A DNA stretch of 64,000 nt. Origin: an uncultured virus (IMG/VR IMGVR_UViG_3300007597_000002) (taxonomy: Duplodnaviria; Heunggongvirae; Uroviricota; Caudoviricetes). Below the pieces are notes generated by a model, which was not told the DNA's origin, made no database searches, and saw only the letters and a list, made by a program, of their open reading frames with translations. A program made the position numbers and the translations under genes. The stretch is taken from IMG/VR virus record IMGVR_UViG_3300007597_000002; one strand, 5' to 3'. This document shows, piece by piece, positions 26,535-38,494 of this stretch. Numbering within the stretch: position 1 is the stretch's first letter; the number at the start of each line of letters is the position of its first letter.

Positions 26535-28856
26535 ATGGCAATCACAAAACCGCAGTTAAAGTCGCTGGTCAAATCCCAGCTACCAGAATTCGTAAGAGAA
26601 GAGTACGACACATTCGTACAATTCCTACAAGCATATTATGAATTTCTTGAAACGACTCAGGTAAATTTAAATACGACACGTGATTTAGATAACACATTAG
26701 AAAGTTTTGTTAGTTATTTTAAAAATGAGTTAGCTGCTAAACTTCCTTATTCTACTATAGATGAGAGATTTTTATTACAACATATTAAAGATCATTATCG
26801 TGCTAAAGGTTCTGAGAACTCATTTAAACTTTTATTCAGGATTCTTTTCAATAAGGAAGTTACACTAGACTATCCATCGAAACAGATGCTACGTGCATCA
26901 GATGGTAAATGGAATCAAGATGTATCAGTATTCGTTAGAATCATTCAAGGAAACCCAAACGATATCGTCGGTAAACTTGTTGATGTTGTAACAACTACTA
27001 AAATCATTCGTGTCTTAGTTGATCGTCGTCAGTATGTTGAGGTAGAAGTAGATCGTGCAATTCGAATCTCTGATGATGTTTATGAGTTTATCATAGATCG
27101 TCGTTTCTTCGGTAATATTTCTGTCGGTGATAGATTACGTTATCGAGATGATGCCAATGGCATTTTCTTTAATGGTACGATCTTAACTACAACAGCTAGC
27201 CTTATAATTCAACAACCTGGAACTGGATTTAAAGTAGGTGATTTATATAATGTTAAAAACTTTGATGGTTATGGATCTATATTAAAAGTTTCAGGTGTAA
27301 CATCAACAGGTGGTATGGCATCTGCTGTTTTTATTAAATATGGTATTGGATATACCACTGACTTTACTACTACAATTTCTTCTACAAGTGGTCAGGATGT
27401 AGCTGGTACTGCAGGAACAATTATTCAGCGTGTAGATTCTATAGTTGGTGGGGTTAATACATTAAGTACATTAACCATATCAGAAGGTATGGATGGCTTC
27501 TCTGAGAGTGGAACATTCAGTGTGGCAGACTATAACCAACAGGTACCAGCAGATTCTAACTATGCGACTGGACCAGCAATAGATGGAACTTATGCTGGTC
27601 TTGTTGTTCGTGAATTTGGTATTAGTTCTGTAGATTCTCAAGCATCTACAACTGAACCAGCTATTCTTAAAGTTACTCTTGGACCACTTGCAAAATATCC
27701 AGGTTATTATATTAATAATGATGGATTCTTGGATGATGCAATTTATATCCAAGATAGTCGTTACTATCAATCATACTCTTATGTTATTAAGATTGATGAA
27801 GCATTAGACAGTTACAAAACCGCTGTTAAGAATTTAATTCACCCCGCTGGTATGGCAATTTTCGGTGAATATGATATTCGAAATGAATTTAATGTCGGTA
27901 TTACTTTGGAGTCTATGTTAAAGATTCTAAACGTAACTGTGAACGATTCGTTCATGCTTGGCGATACTACTGGAACATTATTCACTAGAACTGTCCCGTA
28001 TTTAAATTTATCAAAACCGATTGATGATACTACATTAAATTATGATAATTACGCTGATGGACATTCTGTAACTATAACAGAAATTGGATATGCGAGTGAT
28101 TTAACGAGAACACTTCCGTATCTTGATTTATCAAAACCAATTAATAGTACTACATTAAATTATGGTTTAGTCACAGAATCGCAGGATGTAACTCCAAGCG
28201 AACTTACATCTACATATGCTGATGCTAGCACTCGTTTGGGTGCAAATATATTTGACTTCTCCAAGAGTTTAAGTCTTGGACACTTTATTAACAATGGAAC
28301 TACGACAGACGATGAATCTGTTATAATGACTGAAACTGGTTATACTGCAGATCTTGGTAGAACTCTACCAATTTTAAATGTTTCTAAGTTACTTTATAAC
28401 AACACATTTAACTATGATAATGTATTAGACGATAATACAGCGACTATGACAGAAGTTGATTATGCTGGTATTCTAGGAACCAGACTTGGCATTTCAGCAA
28501 TTGATAGTAATAAAGTACTAAGTGCTGGACATTATTTACTTGATGGTTCATCTACAGATACTGAAACTGCCACTATGCTGGATACAGATGCCTCAAGCGC
28601 ATCTGACCTAAATAGAACAAACCCTGCATTCTCTTTAACAACTACCCTAAATAGTCAGTACTACATTGTTGGTACTGCTACATATGCTGGCGATAATAGT
28701 ATTACTTTACCCACTGGTGGTGAGAGTGGTGTTTTAGATCTTAACCCATATGCTGCAGGAGATTATTTCTTGCATGACGATGGTTTATACGTTGGAGTTC
28801 TATATGTTGCAGGGCAAGGATACGGATATCAGACCTTTACTGGGGCTGGTGTATAA
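26535..28856 (+). CDS. gp7: baseplate wedge gp7-like protein with C-terminal repeats
   Basis: QLPEFV, FL.AYYE, Y.AKGS..S..LLFR.LF, QDSRYYQ.YSY, HPAG; repeated RT.P.L.LSK units. Confidence 0.8.
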   Translation: MAITKPQLKSLVKSQLPEFVREEYDTFVQFLQAYYEFLETTQVNLNTTRDLDNTLESFVSYFKNELAAKLPYSTIDERFLLQHIKDHYRAKGSENSFKLLFRILFNKEVTLDYPSKQMLRASDGKWNQDVSVFVRIIQGNPNDIVGKLVDVVTTTKIIRVLVDRRQYVEVEVDRAIRISDDVYEFIIDRRFFGNISVGDRLRYRDDANGIFFNGTILTTTASLIIQQPGTGFKVGDLYNVKNFDGYGSILKVSGVTSTGGMASAVFIKYGIGYTTDFTTTISSTSGQDVAGTAGTIIQRVDSIVGGVNTLSTLTISEGMDGFSESGTFSVADYNQQVPADSNYATGPAIDGTYAGLVVREFGISSVDSQASTTEPAILKVTLGPLAKYPGYYINNDGFLDDAIYIQDSRYYQSYSYVIKIDEALDSYKTAVKNLIHPAGMAIFGEYDIRNEFNVGITLESMLKILNVTVNDSFMLGDTTGTLFTRTVPYLNLSKPIDDTTLNYDNYADGHSVTITEIGYASDLTRTLPYLDLSKPINSTTLNYGLVTESQDVTPSELTSTYADASTRLGANIFDFSKSLSLGHFINNGTTTDDESVIMTETGYTADLGRTLPILNVSKLLYNNTFNYDNVLDDNTATMTEVDYAGILGTRLGISAIDSNKVLSAGHYLLDGSSTDTETATMLDTDASSASDLNRTNPAFSLTTTLNSQYYIVGTATYAGDNSITLPTGGESGVLDLNPYAAGDYFLHDDGLYVGVLYVAGQGYGYQTFTGAGV

Positions 28857-28880
28857 TAAATCACTCAATAGGAGATTCTT

Positions 28881-29348
28881 ATGAATTTAAACGAACAAGA
28901 TATAAAAGCAACAGGACATGTAGAAATTGTTGTTACCGATAAACAAGGCAAGATTAAAGAAACACGTAGTGTAAAGAATCTCGTTATGACTGTTGGTAAA
29001 GCATATATTGCACAACGTATGACTTCTGGTTCTACGCAGATTATGAACACAATGGCCATTGGTGTTGGAACTACAACCCCAGCTGCTACTCAGACTGCTT
29101 TGTCATCTGAGGCTGGTCGTGTTGCGACTTCTTCTTTCTCTGCAGGTGGTACTTCTGGTAATGAAGTTACTGCGACTGCTACATTTCCAGCTGGTACTGG
29201 TACTGGATCTATTACTGAAGCGGGAATTTTTAACCCATCTTCAGCTGGTGCAGCTGCTGGTACTATGATGTGTCGTACAACCTTCCCAGTTGTTAGTAAA
29301 GCTGCTGGTGATTCTATCGCCATCACATGGAAAGTTACTGTATCCTAA
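28881..29348 (+). CDS. virion structural protein
   Basis: NLV...G, MAIG.G, ITEAGIFN, ITW.VT pattern of tail-associated proteins. Confidence 0.7.
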   Translation: MNLNEQDIKATGHVEIVVTDKQGKIKETRSVKNLVMTVGKAYIAQRMTSGSTQIMNTMAIGVGTTTPAATQTALSSEAGRVATSSFSAGGTSGNEVTATATFPAGTGTGSITEAGIFNPSSAGAAAGTMMCRTTFPVVSKAAGDSIAITWKVTVS

Positions 29349-29363
29349 ACTAGGAAAATCTAA

Positions 29364-31940
29364 ATGGCATCACTACTGAAATCACCATTACACAATTCGA
29401 TTGCAGAAGGGTTGTATAATGAACTTCAGAATCGTACATCACGATACTATTATTTCTTAGGAAAATCTCTCAGTTGGACAGATTCGGATACACCTCCACT
29501 GCCTATTGATAGTTTTGACTATGAGTTACAAACACGTAACGAAATAATTACAATGAAGGAGATAAAGTCCACAGACGTGGCTTTCGTCATTCTACGCAGA
29601 GACTGGATTTCTGGTACAATCTATGATATGTATGATGATCAATATAGTGATGAACTGCAAGGTATTAATTTAATCTCTGGTGGATATGGTTATTCAGATA
29701 CACCAAGTGTAACTATTACTGGTGGTGGTGGTACAGGTGCTACAGCAACAGCACAACTAACAGATGGATTCGTTACATCAATAATTTTATCTTCTCGTGG
29801 CAGAGGTTATACAACTGCTCCAACAGTTAATATTTTAGGTGGTGGTGGAGAAGGTGCTGCTGCACTTGGTGTTATCACTAAAGCACCTTCTGGAACTCAA
29901 AAATTAGAAGACACTAACTGTTATGTAATGACAGATGAATACAACGTATATAAATGTCTCGATAACAACAATAATGCGATTTCTACTTACAAACCAATTG
30001 GTACTGTTGTAGATCCTGTTATCATGCCAGACGGATATATGTGGAAATATTTGTATAGTATTCCAATTGCATTGCGCAATAAATTCTTGACTGATGTCTA
30101 TATGCCTGTTGTTAATGCATTAAGATCTCAGTTTTATTCTGATGGCGAAATCCTAAACATAGTTGTTGAGAATGGTGGGCAGAATTATACCACAGCAAGC
30201 ATTTCAGTTGCTGGTGATGGATATAGAGCATCAGATCCTCTATTACTAACTGGTGTTAATATAACTACTGGAGGTACTGGATATAGTGGTGGAGCCACAT
30301 GTTTAATGACTCCTCCTTTCAATGGTGCAAATAACTGGGTTGCTAACATAGGTATTCTTCTTGGACAATTGGTGGAGCATGATAATAACATTTATATTGC
30401 AACTCTTACTGGCACCACAGCAACTCCTGCCCCATCTCATAAATCTGGAATTGTTGCCAATGGAACTGCAGCACTAAAATATATTGGTTCAAGAGTAACT
30501 GGTACACCAATAGTTTCTAGTGGTGTAATAACTGGTGTTACTCTTAATGGTAGTATTTATGATATTACTATGGCGACTTCTGGATCAGGATATACATCTG
30601 CTCCAGCTGTAACATTAATTGGTGGAGGTGGTTCTGGATTTGTTGGTTCTTCAATTATGAATGGTACTTCTGTACAAAGAGTATACATAACTAATTCTGG
30701 AATAAATTTTACTAGCGTTCCAACTGTAAGATTTGGAACTTTATTTACAAATTCTACTGTATATACTGTTGGACAACAGGTATACTTTTCAACTAGATTA
30801 TATACTGTGACTGGTGCAGGAACATCCCATGCATCTACTACACCGAGCCACACTTCTGGAGCAGTTGTTAATGGAACTGCTACATTAACATATGTTGGCT
30901 CTCCTGCAACTGGTACTGCTACTCTAAAATATGGTGCTGGTTATTCTACACTACCATCTATATCGTTCTCTCCGATTTCAGGTGGGGCTGGTGGAACAGG
31001 TTATTTTGCAGGTATAAAATCTGAAGCCAAACTAATTCCTATATTAAACAATGGACAGATTTATGGTGTGCAGATTGACGATGGTGGTGTTGGATATACA
31101 TATGCTAACTTAACTGTTACTGGTAATGGTACTCTTGCTTCTCTAACTGCAGATCTATCTCCAGGTGATATTAATACACTTCAAGCGAATACTGAATTGT
31201 TGACACCTGATGGTCGTATTATGGCTTACCCAGTTATTTCTGGGGGTTTTGGATACGGTGGTGCTCCTACTGTTACTGTTACTGGTGATGGTACAGGGGC
31301 TAGTGCAACAGCTACTGTTGTAAATGGGGCTGTTAAAAAGTTAATTGTTGTTGATTATGGTACTGGTTATCGTTGGGCAAATGTTTCTATAACAGGTTCT
31401 GGATATGGAGCATCAGCTAGAGCAGTTCGTGCGCCATATGGTGGCCATGGTAAAGATCCAATTACTGGTATGTTTGCCAATACATTGATGTTTTATACTA
31501 ATATTTCTAAAGATAAAAATCAAGGATTTGATGTTAATAATGACTTCAGACAACTTGGTATAATTAAAAACCCCAGACAGTTTGGTTCTTATGGAAACCT
31601 AAAAAGTGCGCTAGCATCTGCATGCTATGTTGTAACTGCTTCTATGAACACTACATATTTTACACAAGATATGCAAGTAAGACTTGGTACTCTAACTGGA
31701 CCAAGATTTACAATTGTTGCACTAACAACAACTTCTTGTTTACTTCAATCTATAGATAATGCTGTTCCTGCTGTTGGGTCTGTATTTCTAAATTCTGTGG
31801 CACAAACATTTAGTGCAGCTGGTGTCACTACTCCAACGGCAGATAAATACTCAGGACACATCTTGTTTATTGATAATAAACAAGCATTTACTCCTACAGC
31901 AGACCAGACTGTTACTTTGAGAACTGTTATAAAATTCTAA
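29364..31940 (+). CDS. gp8: baseplate wedge gp8 with inserted repeat and CBM-like domains
   Basis: YDMYDD, YVMTDEYNVYKCLDNN, DGYMWKYLY, NDFRQLGIIKNP, KYSG.ILFIDN. Confidence 0.85.
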   Translation: MASLLKSPLHNSIAEGLYNELQNRTSRYYYFLGKSLSWTDSDTPPLPIDSFDYELQTRNEIITMKEIKSTDVAFVILRRDWISGTIYDMYDDQYSDELQGINLISGGYGYSDTPSVTITGGGGTGATATAQLTDGFVTSIILSSRGRGYTTAPTVNILGGGGEGAAALGVITKAPSGTQKLEDTNCYVMTDEYNVYKCLDNNNNAISTYKPIGTVVDPVIMPDGYMWKYLYSIPIALRNKFLTDVYMPVVNALRSQFYSDGEILNIVVENGGQNYTTASISVAGDGYRASDPLLLTGVNITTGGTGYSGGATCLMTPPFNGANNWVANIGILLGQLVEHDNNIYIATLTGTTATPAPSHKSGIVANGTAALKYIGSRVTGTPIVSSGVITGVTLNGSIYDITMATSGSGYTSAPAVTLIGGGGSGFVGSSIMNGTSVQRVYITNSGINFTSVPTVRFGTLFTNSTVYTVGQQVYFSTRLYTVTGAGTSHASTTPSHTSGAVVNGTATLTYVGSPATGTATLKYGAGYSTLPSISFSPISGGAGGTGYFAGIKSEAKLIPILNNGQIYGVQIDDGGVGYTYANLTVTGNGTLASLTADLSPGDINTLQANTELLTPDGRIMAYPVISGGFGYGGAPTVTVTGDGTGASATATVVNGAVKKLIVVDYGTGYRWANVSITGSGYGASARAVRAPYGGHGKDPITGMFANTLMFYTNISKDKNQGFDVNNDFRQLGIIKNPRQFGSYGNLKSALASACYVVTASMNTTYFTQDMQVRLGTLTGPRFTIVALTTTSCLLQSIDNAVPAVGSVFLNSVAQTFSAAGVTTPTADKYSGHILFIDNKQAFTPTADQTVTLRTVIKF

Positions 31941-31974
31941 TAAATAATAGTAACTAACATAAAGAAGAAAAAGA

Positions 31975-34900
31975 ATGCTAGATTTTAATACCGAACCGTA
32001 TAATGATGATTTCGATGAAGAAAAAAAATTCTATCGAATTTTGTTTCGCCCTTCTTTTGCTGTTCAGGCACGTGAACTAACACAACTCCAGACAATCCTT
32101 CAGAATCAGATTACTCGCCATGGCGATAATATTTTCAAACAAGGTGCCATGGTTATACCTGGACAGGTATCTGCTGAAACTATTACTAATACTACAAAAG
32201 GTATTGATTATGTTAAACTACAGGCATTGTATAATGGTGTAGCCGTTGCTACATTTATTGATTCTTTGCAGGGTTTAGTTATCACAGGTTCAAGTGGATT
32301 AAAAGCACAGGTTATCAAGGCACAACGAGCAGAAGATACAGATCCAACAACTCTTTATGTTCGCTATTTAAATTCTGCAACTGATACTACGCAAAAAGTT
32401 TTTGCTGGTAATGAAGTTCTTCATACTGATACTGGTTTTTATTTTCAAGCACAAGCAAGTTCAGCTACAGGTAAAGGATCTTTGGCTACAATTGAGAGAG
32501 GTGTCTATTACATTAATGGACATTTTGTTCTTTGCGATACACAAGCAATTACACTAAACAAATATGACCCTTCTCCATCATATCGTGTTGGATTGAATGT
32601 ATCAGAAAATATCACTACTGCAGAAGATGATGAAACTCTTTTAGATAATGCGCAGAATAGTTATAACTTTGCTGCTCCAGGTGCTCATCGTTACTTTATT
32701 GATTTAACACTATCTAAAAGATCTTTGGAGTCAACTGATGATCAGAACTTCGTAGAATTGATTCGTGTAACTGGTGGTGTTGTTAATACCATTGTTAAAG
32801 AAACTGCATATAATATAATCTATACTCAGATTCAAAATGAGATGGAAAGAAGAACATTCGATACTAATGGTGATTACACTGTTAATGGATGGTCTGTAGA
32901 TGTTCGTGAATCACGTAATAATAATCGTGGAGCATGGGCTCAAAATAGTGCATATCTAATTAATGATATTGTTACATATGGTGGTTATACATATACTGCT
33001 AAAAATAGTGCATCTTCAGTAACTACTCCTCCAACTCATAATTCTGGCTCAGCATATGATGGTGCAGGTAATAGCGGTGTTAACTGGCAATATGATGAAA
33101 ATCCAGTATACAATCGTGGTATAAAATTAACTGGTAATGAAGGTGATCTTGCTATCGGTATTGATGCTGGAAGAGCATATGTTTCTGGAGCAGAACTTGA
33201 AAATCCTGCTACTGCATACATAACAGTACCAAAGGCTAGAGATTATGATCAAGCGATCGATTCTGTAATAACTCCAGTTGTTGGAAATTATGTTATTGTA
33301 ACTAACTTAAATTATGTACCAACTATCGATACAGGTACGTTAGTTAATATCTATGACGGTATCACTGGATCTTCTAATCGAGGTAATGCGTCAGCAGTTT
33401 CTAATGCACAATTAATCGGAACTGCCCGTGCTCGTTTTATTGAGTGGCACAATATTCTTCCTTATGGATCTACTTCACAATATAAATTAGGTCTATGGGA
33501 TATCCAGATGAAATCTGGATTTGATTTCAACAGAAATGCTAAGTCTTTCTATACTGTTGGCAGTGGTGTTGGGACTTCTTTCTCAGCCGACATACAACCA
33601 GCATTAGTTAATTTAACTGGTTCAGTTACTGCAGTTGCAACTAATACTGTAACTGGTGTTGGGACTTCTTTCCTAACAGATTTAAAAGTTGGTGATTACA
33701 TCCTTATTAACGATTCTCTGTATAGAAGAATCTCAGCCATTACTTCTCAAAATTCTTTAACAGTTGATAGCTCAATATCATCAGTGACTGGTGTAAAATA
33801 TCAACTAGTAACAACTGTTCTACAAGAAGCCATAGCAAATAATTTAGTGTTCCCTCTTGCATATAGTTCTGTTCGTTCTATGAGAACATCTGGCAATAGT
33901 GGAGTTAACAATTTAAACTATACAGCTTATGTTAAGTTTAATAGTGTAAATACTGCTACTACTACTCTTGCATTAAATACATCAGGTAATTTTGCTTCTG
34001 CTGCAGATAATGATAGTTATCTTGTAGTTAAAGATTCTGATGGATCTGTTGTGAACATCACAGCATCTAATATTAGTGGTACTGGTACTTCTAACGTAAG
34101 TATCACTGTTCCGACATCTGGAACATATACTGTAATTGCTGCAGTTATTCGTTCTGGATCTGGTTTCGAAAAATCTAAAACACTAACACAAGTCACTGAA
34201 ACATTCATTAGTGCTACTGCTGCTCAACAAGCATCAATCGTTCTAGATAAAGCAGATATATTCAGAATCATAAGCATTAAGATGGCTCCAGGAACTGCCT
34301 TTGATAGCACTCCAGGATCTTATACTCAAGATATTTCAGAGAGATATTCTTTCGATAATGGTCAGCGTTTGACACATTATGATTATGGTAAATTAAATTT
34401 ACTACCATCTTATACTCAACCATCTAATCCAGTTCAAGTTGTATATGAATACTTTGAACATGGTGCTGGTGACTATTTTGATGTTAACTCTTATAGTGGT
34501 ATTGATTACAAACAGATTCCTGCCAATCTACGAGACTCTATTGATTTTAGACCAAGAGTTGCTAATAAAACAACTGGTAGTGGAGTGAAGAACTTTACTA
34601 GCACAGGCTCTTCTATGACTTCTATACCAAAACGTGGTGAATATGTCAAAGCAGATTACAGTTACTATCTTGCTAGAAAAGATAAAATTATTTTAGAGCC
34701 AACTGGTAAATTAGTTGATATACAAGGTGTTCCATCTACTGTTCCTGGAGAACCAGTAACACCAGCACTTGGAATGGTATTGTATAATCTATCTCTAGAA
34801 CCATATACTTTTGGTACTGCATCAACTAATGTGAGCGTTTCAAAAGTTGATAATAAACGCTACACAATGCGTGACATCGGTAAGTTAGAAAATAGAATTA

Positions 34901-37900
34901 ATAATTTAGAGTACTACACATCATTATCTCTGTTGGAATCAGAAACATCTAGTTTAAAAATTCCAGATAGTAATGGTATGGATAGAATGAAGAATGGTTT
35001 TGTTGTTGATAACTTCGGTAGCAGTGCTCTTGTAGCTGATCCAAAAACTTCTGATCTTAGCTGTTCTATTGATATGGGGGCTAACTTACTGCGCCCAGCG
35101 CACACAATGCATAATGTAGATTTAATCGAACAAGCCTCTACTACTTCTGCAAGAACTAATGCTAATTATCAGCTAACTGGTGATATTATAACTTTACCTT
35201 ATACTACTACACCTCTGGTCACACAGGCATATGCGTCTAGACTAGAATATGTTAATCCATTTGCCATCTATACATTCTTAGGAAGTGTTCAGATAACCCC
35301 AGCATCAGATGATTGGTTTGACACTGACAGAGTACCTGATCTTATTCAGCAGGTAGAGGGGAATTATAATTCTCTTAAGAATATGATAGATTTAAATAAT
35401 GGTTGGCCAATTTATGGCGCATGGACTACAGATTGGTCTGGAACTCCTCAACATACTGTTACTACTAATAACTACATAAGTGGTAATCTTTTGATGGAAA
35501 CAACTACTGATTCATGGTCTCAGACTGGTATTAAGTCAAGAAATGGTACTAAAACTTCTATAGTAGCAAAAACAGATTATGAGTCAGTTGGTGACAGAAC
35601 AGTATCAACTTCTATCGTTCCTTATGTACGATCACGTTTTGTATTAGTTCAATCTAAACAATTAAAGCCATCTACTCGCTTTTATGCTTATTTTAATGAA
35701 GTTGATATAAATTCATATTGTACTCCAACGACTAAACTGGTGTATACTCCAACAGGTTCTACTGAAATTCTAAAAGCAGCAAACCATAAACTTTGGAATA
35801 CTTCAACTAATGTCGGTGGATCTAGCACAGACATTAAAAGAAGAATCGGTACAGACGTACAAGTTTGTTTAACACGTGGTGACGTAATAACAAAATCAGA
35901 CAATTCTGCATCAGCAGTAGTTGTTGGTAAATATTTAATACATAATGATGATGGTACTACATCTTATGCGCTTGATTTAGTTAATATTATCGGAACATTT
36001 AGTTCAGGTAATACATTTACTGGATCTATTAGTAATCAAACAGGAACTGTAGTTTCGGTAACAACTAATACTACATTAACTACAAATCAATCAGGTGAAG
36101 TAAACTTCTTGTTTAATATACCAAATACTGAATCTGTTCGTTTCCGTACTGGTAAATCTACATTAAAACTAATGGATTCTGCAACTTCTACAGGAAATTA
36201 TACTTCTCGTGGAATCGGCACTTATGAAGCCACTGGAACACTTCAAACTGTTCAAGGTATAGTTAATGCTGTTAGAAATTCTACTATTGTTCAAGAACAG
36301 ATTAATCCTCGTGCTGGTGATCCTAATACTTATGAGGTCGTTAATAGAAATGGTAGTTCTACTTCTACCAGAGTTATTGCTGATTTAACACCAGCATGGA
36401 CAGATCCACTTGCACAATCATTTTATGTAGAATCAAGAGGTGGTGCATTCTTAACAAGTATTGATTTATTCTTTGCAACTAAATCTGCAAATGTCCCAGT
36501 AACTGTACATATTCGTGAGATGGTCAACGGTAATCCGACACATCAGGTTCTTCCATTCAGTAGTGTAACTTTAAATCCAGATTTGGTTAATGCTCCTGTT
36601 TCTGGAACTACTGCAGAAGCATCAGGATATACATCTGTTGCTCTGCCTGATGGTAATTCTTATGCAGACTATAACACAGCAACGAAATTCACATTCGAAT
36701 CTCCTGTCTTTGTAGAAGACAGTAAAGAGTATGCATTTGTTATTCAGTCTGATTCAAATGATTACAGAGTTTGGATTTCTAATATGGGTGATGTCATCCC
36801 AGGAACAAGTAGAACTATTTCTGAACAACCATATGCTGGTGTAATGTTCAAATCTCAGAATGCTTCTACATGGACACCAGATCAAAATCAAGATATTAAA
36901 TTTACAATACATCGTGCTGTATTTGCTACAAATACGGTTGGTGCTATTGTTATGACGAATAATGTTTTACCTCATGACCAATTGAAAAATAACCCAATCC
37001 AAACTGTTACTGGATCTAATGTTATTAGAATTTGGCATCCTAATCATGGTATGTCTTCTGGTTCTAGTGTTCAACTTAGTGGATTGACTTCTAATATTAA
37101 TGGAATCCCAGTCGGTGAAATCAATACGACTAAAGTTATTGCTAACGTAGATGCTCATTGTTATACAATAACTACTAGCACAGTTGCTACTTCTACTGGT
37201 TATTCTGGTGGTAACTTACTAAAGGCTTCTAGAAATATTGCATATGATTTAATTAAACCAACTTTGCAGATGCAAACTTTCGGTGAATCATTAGCAAAAT
37301 TCTCTATGAAAACAACATCAGGAACATCACCTGATGGAGCACAAACATCATATGTTATAGATACTTCTTATTCTCCAGTTGTAGTTGATATTGACAACAT
37401 TTGGGACAAAACAAGAGTTGTTGCTTCTGAGGTTAATGAAAACACTTATATGAGTGGAGAAAAATCTCTACAATTGTTGTGTCAGATTTCTACTACAAAC
37501 AATGCAGTTTCTCCTGTTATTGATACTGCTCGTTCTAGTGCAGTATTAGTTTCAAATAAATTAAATTATCCTACTGAATCTAATACAAATGTGGCTTCTT
37601 TAGATACAAAAATAATGTTTGCTGGAGCAGCTGGAACTATTACTGGTGTTCCAAATAGTGGTGTGGCAGTAGCAGTTACTGGTGGATCATATAACTATGC
37701 TATTACTGGAACTCTATTAACTTTATCAGGCTCTCAATCCTTAACTCAAGGAACACAGTACTATTATGGAAATAAACTTTACCTATGTACTGTAGGAGGA
37801 ACTGCTAGTGTCAGCGCACCTACTCACACATATGGTGTAGCAACAAATGGCACAGCAACTTTACAGTGGGTTGGAAGTGCATCTTCTATAACTTCTACTA

Positions 37901-38493
37901 ATGCGACTGTTAGAGGATTAATGGCTGGACTTGGAATTGGTAGATATCTAACTACTGGTGGTTCTTCAAACACAGCAAATAATAGTACATGGATAGTTAC
38001 TGGCTATGGTGATAATGGTACTACTGGAACTGTTTATGTAGATTCTGTTTCTGGGGCTGTATTCACTGCAGAGACAGTTACTTCTTCTGCAATTTATGTT
38101 GCAGTCAGAGAATTATTCTACGATGAAATCGCCCCACGTGGAGGAAGTTCGCTAAGTAAGTATGTAACAACACCTATTAAATTTGCGAATTCTTCTAGTT
38201 TCGTGAGAATTAAACTTGGAGCTAATTGCCCGAATGAGGCTGATATCAAAGTTTACTATAAGACTTGTCTGGGTGATAGCAAACAGTTAGATACTATTAG
38301 ATATACGCTAGCCTCCGCTGATAATAATGGAATAATTAAAGTCGACAATGGAAACTATGCATTCTCTGATGTAGACTATACTATGAACAATATGACACCA
38401 TTCGATACTATTGCGATTAAAATCGTTATGCAGTCCACTAATAGTTCTGCTACTCCAATCATCAAAGACTTTAGGGTTATTGCCTGCGCATAA
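31975..38493 (+). CDS. large virion structural protein (VrlC/DUF4815-like)
   Basis: PYNDDFD, LFRP...VQARELTQLQ, APGAHR, YTMRDIGKLE.RI.NLEYYTSL, DPLAQSF, FKSQNASTW. Confidence 0.8.
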   Translation: MLDFNTEPYNDDFDEEKKFYRILFRPSFAVQARELTQLQTILQNQITRHGDNIFKQGAMVIPGQVSAETITNTTKGIDYVKLQALYNGVAVATFIDSLQGLVITGSSGLKAQVIKAQRAEDTDPTTLYVRYLNSATDTTQKVFAGNEVLHTDTGFYFQAQASSATGKGSLATIERGVYYINGHFVLCDTQAITLNKYDPSPSYRVGLNVSENITTAEDDETLLDNAQNSYNFAAPGAHRYFIDLTLSKRSLESTDDQNFVELIRVTGGVVNTIVKETAYNIIYTQIQNEMERRTFDTNGDYTVNGWSVDVRESRNNNRGAWAQNSAYLINDIVTYGGYTYTAKNSASSVTTPPTHNSGSAYDGAGNSGVNWQYDENPVYNRGIKLTGNEGDLAIGIDAGRAYVSGAELENPATAYITVPKARDYDQAIDSVITPVVGNYVIVTNLNYVPTIDTGTLVNIYDGITGSSNRGNASAVSNAQLIGTARARFIEWHNILPYGSTSQYKLGLWDIQMKSGFDFNRNAKSFYTVGSGVGTSFSADIQPALVNLTGSVTAVATNTVTGVGTSFLTDLKVGDYILINDSLYRRISAITSQNSLTVDSSISSVTGVKYQLVTTVLQEAIANNLVFPLAYSSVRSMRTSGNSGVNNLNYTAYVKFNSVNTATTTLALNTSGNFASAADNDSYLVVKDSDGSVVNITASNISGTGTSNVSITVPTSGTYTVIAAVIRSGSGFEKSKTLTQVTETFISATAAQQASIVLDKADIFRIISIKMAPGTAFDSTPGSYTQDISERYSFDNGQRLTHYDYGKLNLLPSYTQPSNPVQVVYEYFEHGAGDYFDVNSYSGIDYKQIPANLRDSIDFRPRVANKTTGSGVKNFTSTGSSMTSIPKRGEYVKADYSYYLARKDKIILEPTGKLVDIQGVPSTVPGEPVTPALGMVLYNLSLEPYTFGTASTNVSVSKVDNKRYTMRDIGKLENRINNLEYYTSLSLLESETSSLKIPDSNGMDRMKNGFVVDNFGSSALVADPKTSDLSCSIDMGANLLRPAHTMHNVDLIEQASTTSARTNANYQLTGDIITLPYTTTPLVTQAYASRLEYVNPFAIYTFLGSVQITPASDDWFDTDRVPDLIQQVEGNYNSLKNMIDLNNGWPIYGAWTTDWSGTPQHTVTTNNYISGNLLMETTTDSWSQTGIKSRNGTKTSIVAKTDYESVGDRTVSTSIVPYVRSRFVLVQSKQLKPSTRFYAYFNEVDINSYCTPTTKLVYTPTGSTEILKAANHKLWNTSTNVGGSSTDIKRRIGTDVQVCLTRGDVITKSDNSASAVVVGKYLIHNDDGTTSYALDLVNIIGTFSSGNTFTGSISNQTGTVVSVTTNTTLTTNQSGEVNFLFNIPNTESVRFRTGKSTLKLMDSATSTGNYTSRGIGTYEATGTLQTVQGIVNAVRNSTIVQEQINPRAGDPNTYEVVNRNGSSTSTRVIADLTPAWTDPLAQSFYVESRGGAFLTSIDLFFATKSANVPVTVHIREMVNGNPTHQVLPFSSVTLNPDLVNAPVSGTTAEASGYTSVALPDGNSYADYNTATKFTFESPVFVEDSKEYAFVIQSDSNDYRVWISNMGDVIPGTSRTISEQPYAGVMFKSQNASTWTPDQNQDIKFTIHRAVFATNTVGAIVMTNNVLPHDQLKNNPIQTVTGSNVIRIWHPNHGMSSGSSVQLSGLTSNINGIPVGEINTTKVIANVDAHCYTITTSTVATSTGYSGGNLLKASRNIAYDLIKPTLQMQTFGESLAKFSMKTTSGTSPDGAQTSYVIDTSYSPVVVDIDNIWDKTRVVASEVNENTYMSGEKSLQLLCQISTTNNAVSPVIDTARSSAVLVSNKLNYPTESNTNVASLDTKIMFAGAAGTITGVPNSGVAVAVTGGSYNYAITGTLLTLSGSQSLTQGTQYYYGNKLYLCTVGGTASVSAPTHTYGVATNGTATLQWVGSASSITSTNATVRGLMAGLGIGRYLTTGGSSNTANNSTWIVTGYGDNGTTGTVYVDSVSGAVFTAETVTSSAIYVAVRELFYDEIAPRGGSSLSKYVTTPIKFANSSSFVRIKLGANCPNEADIKVYYKTCLGDSKQLDTIRYTLASADNNGIIKVDNGNYAFSDVDYTMNNMTPFDTIAIKIVMQSTNSSATPIIKDFRVIACA

Positions 38494-38494
38494 A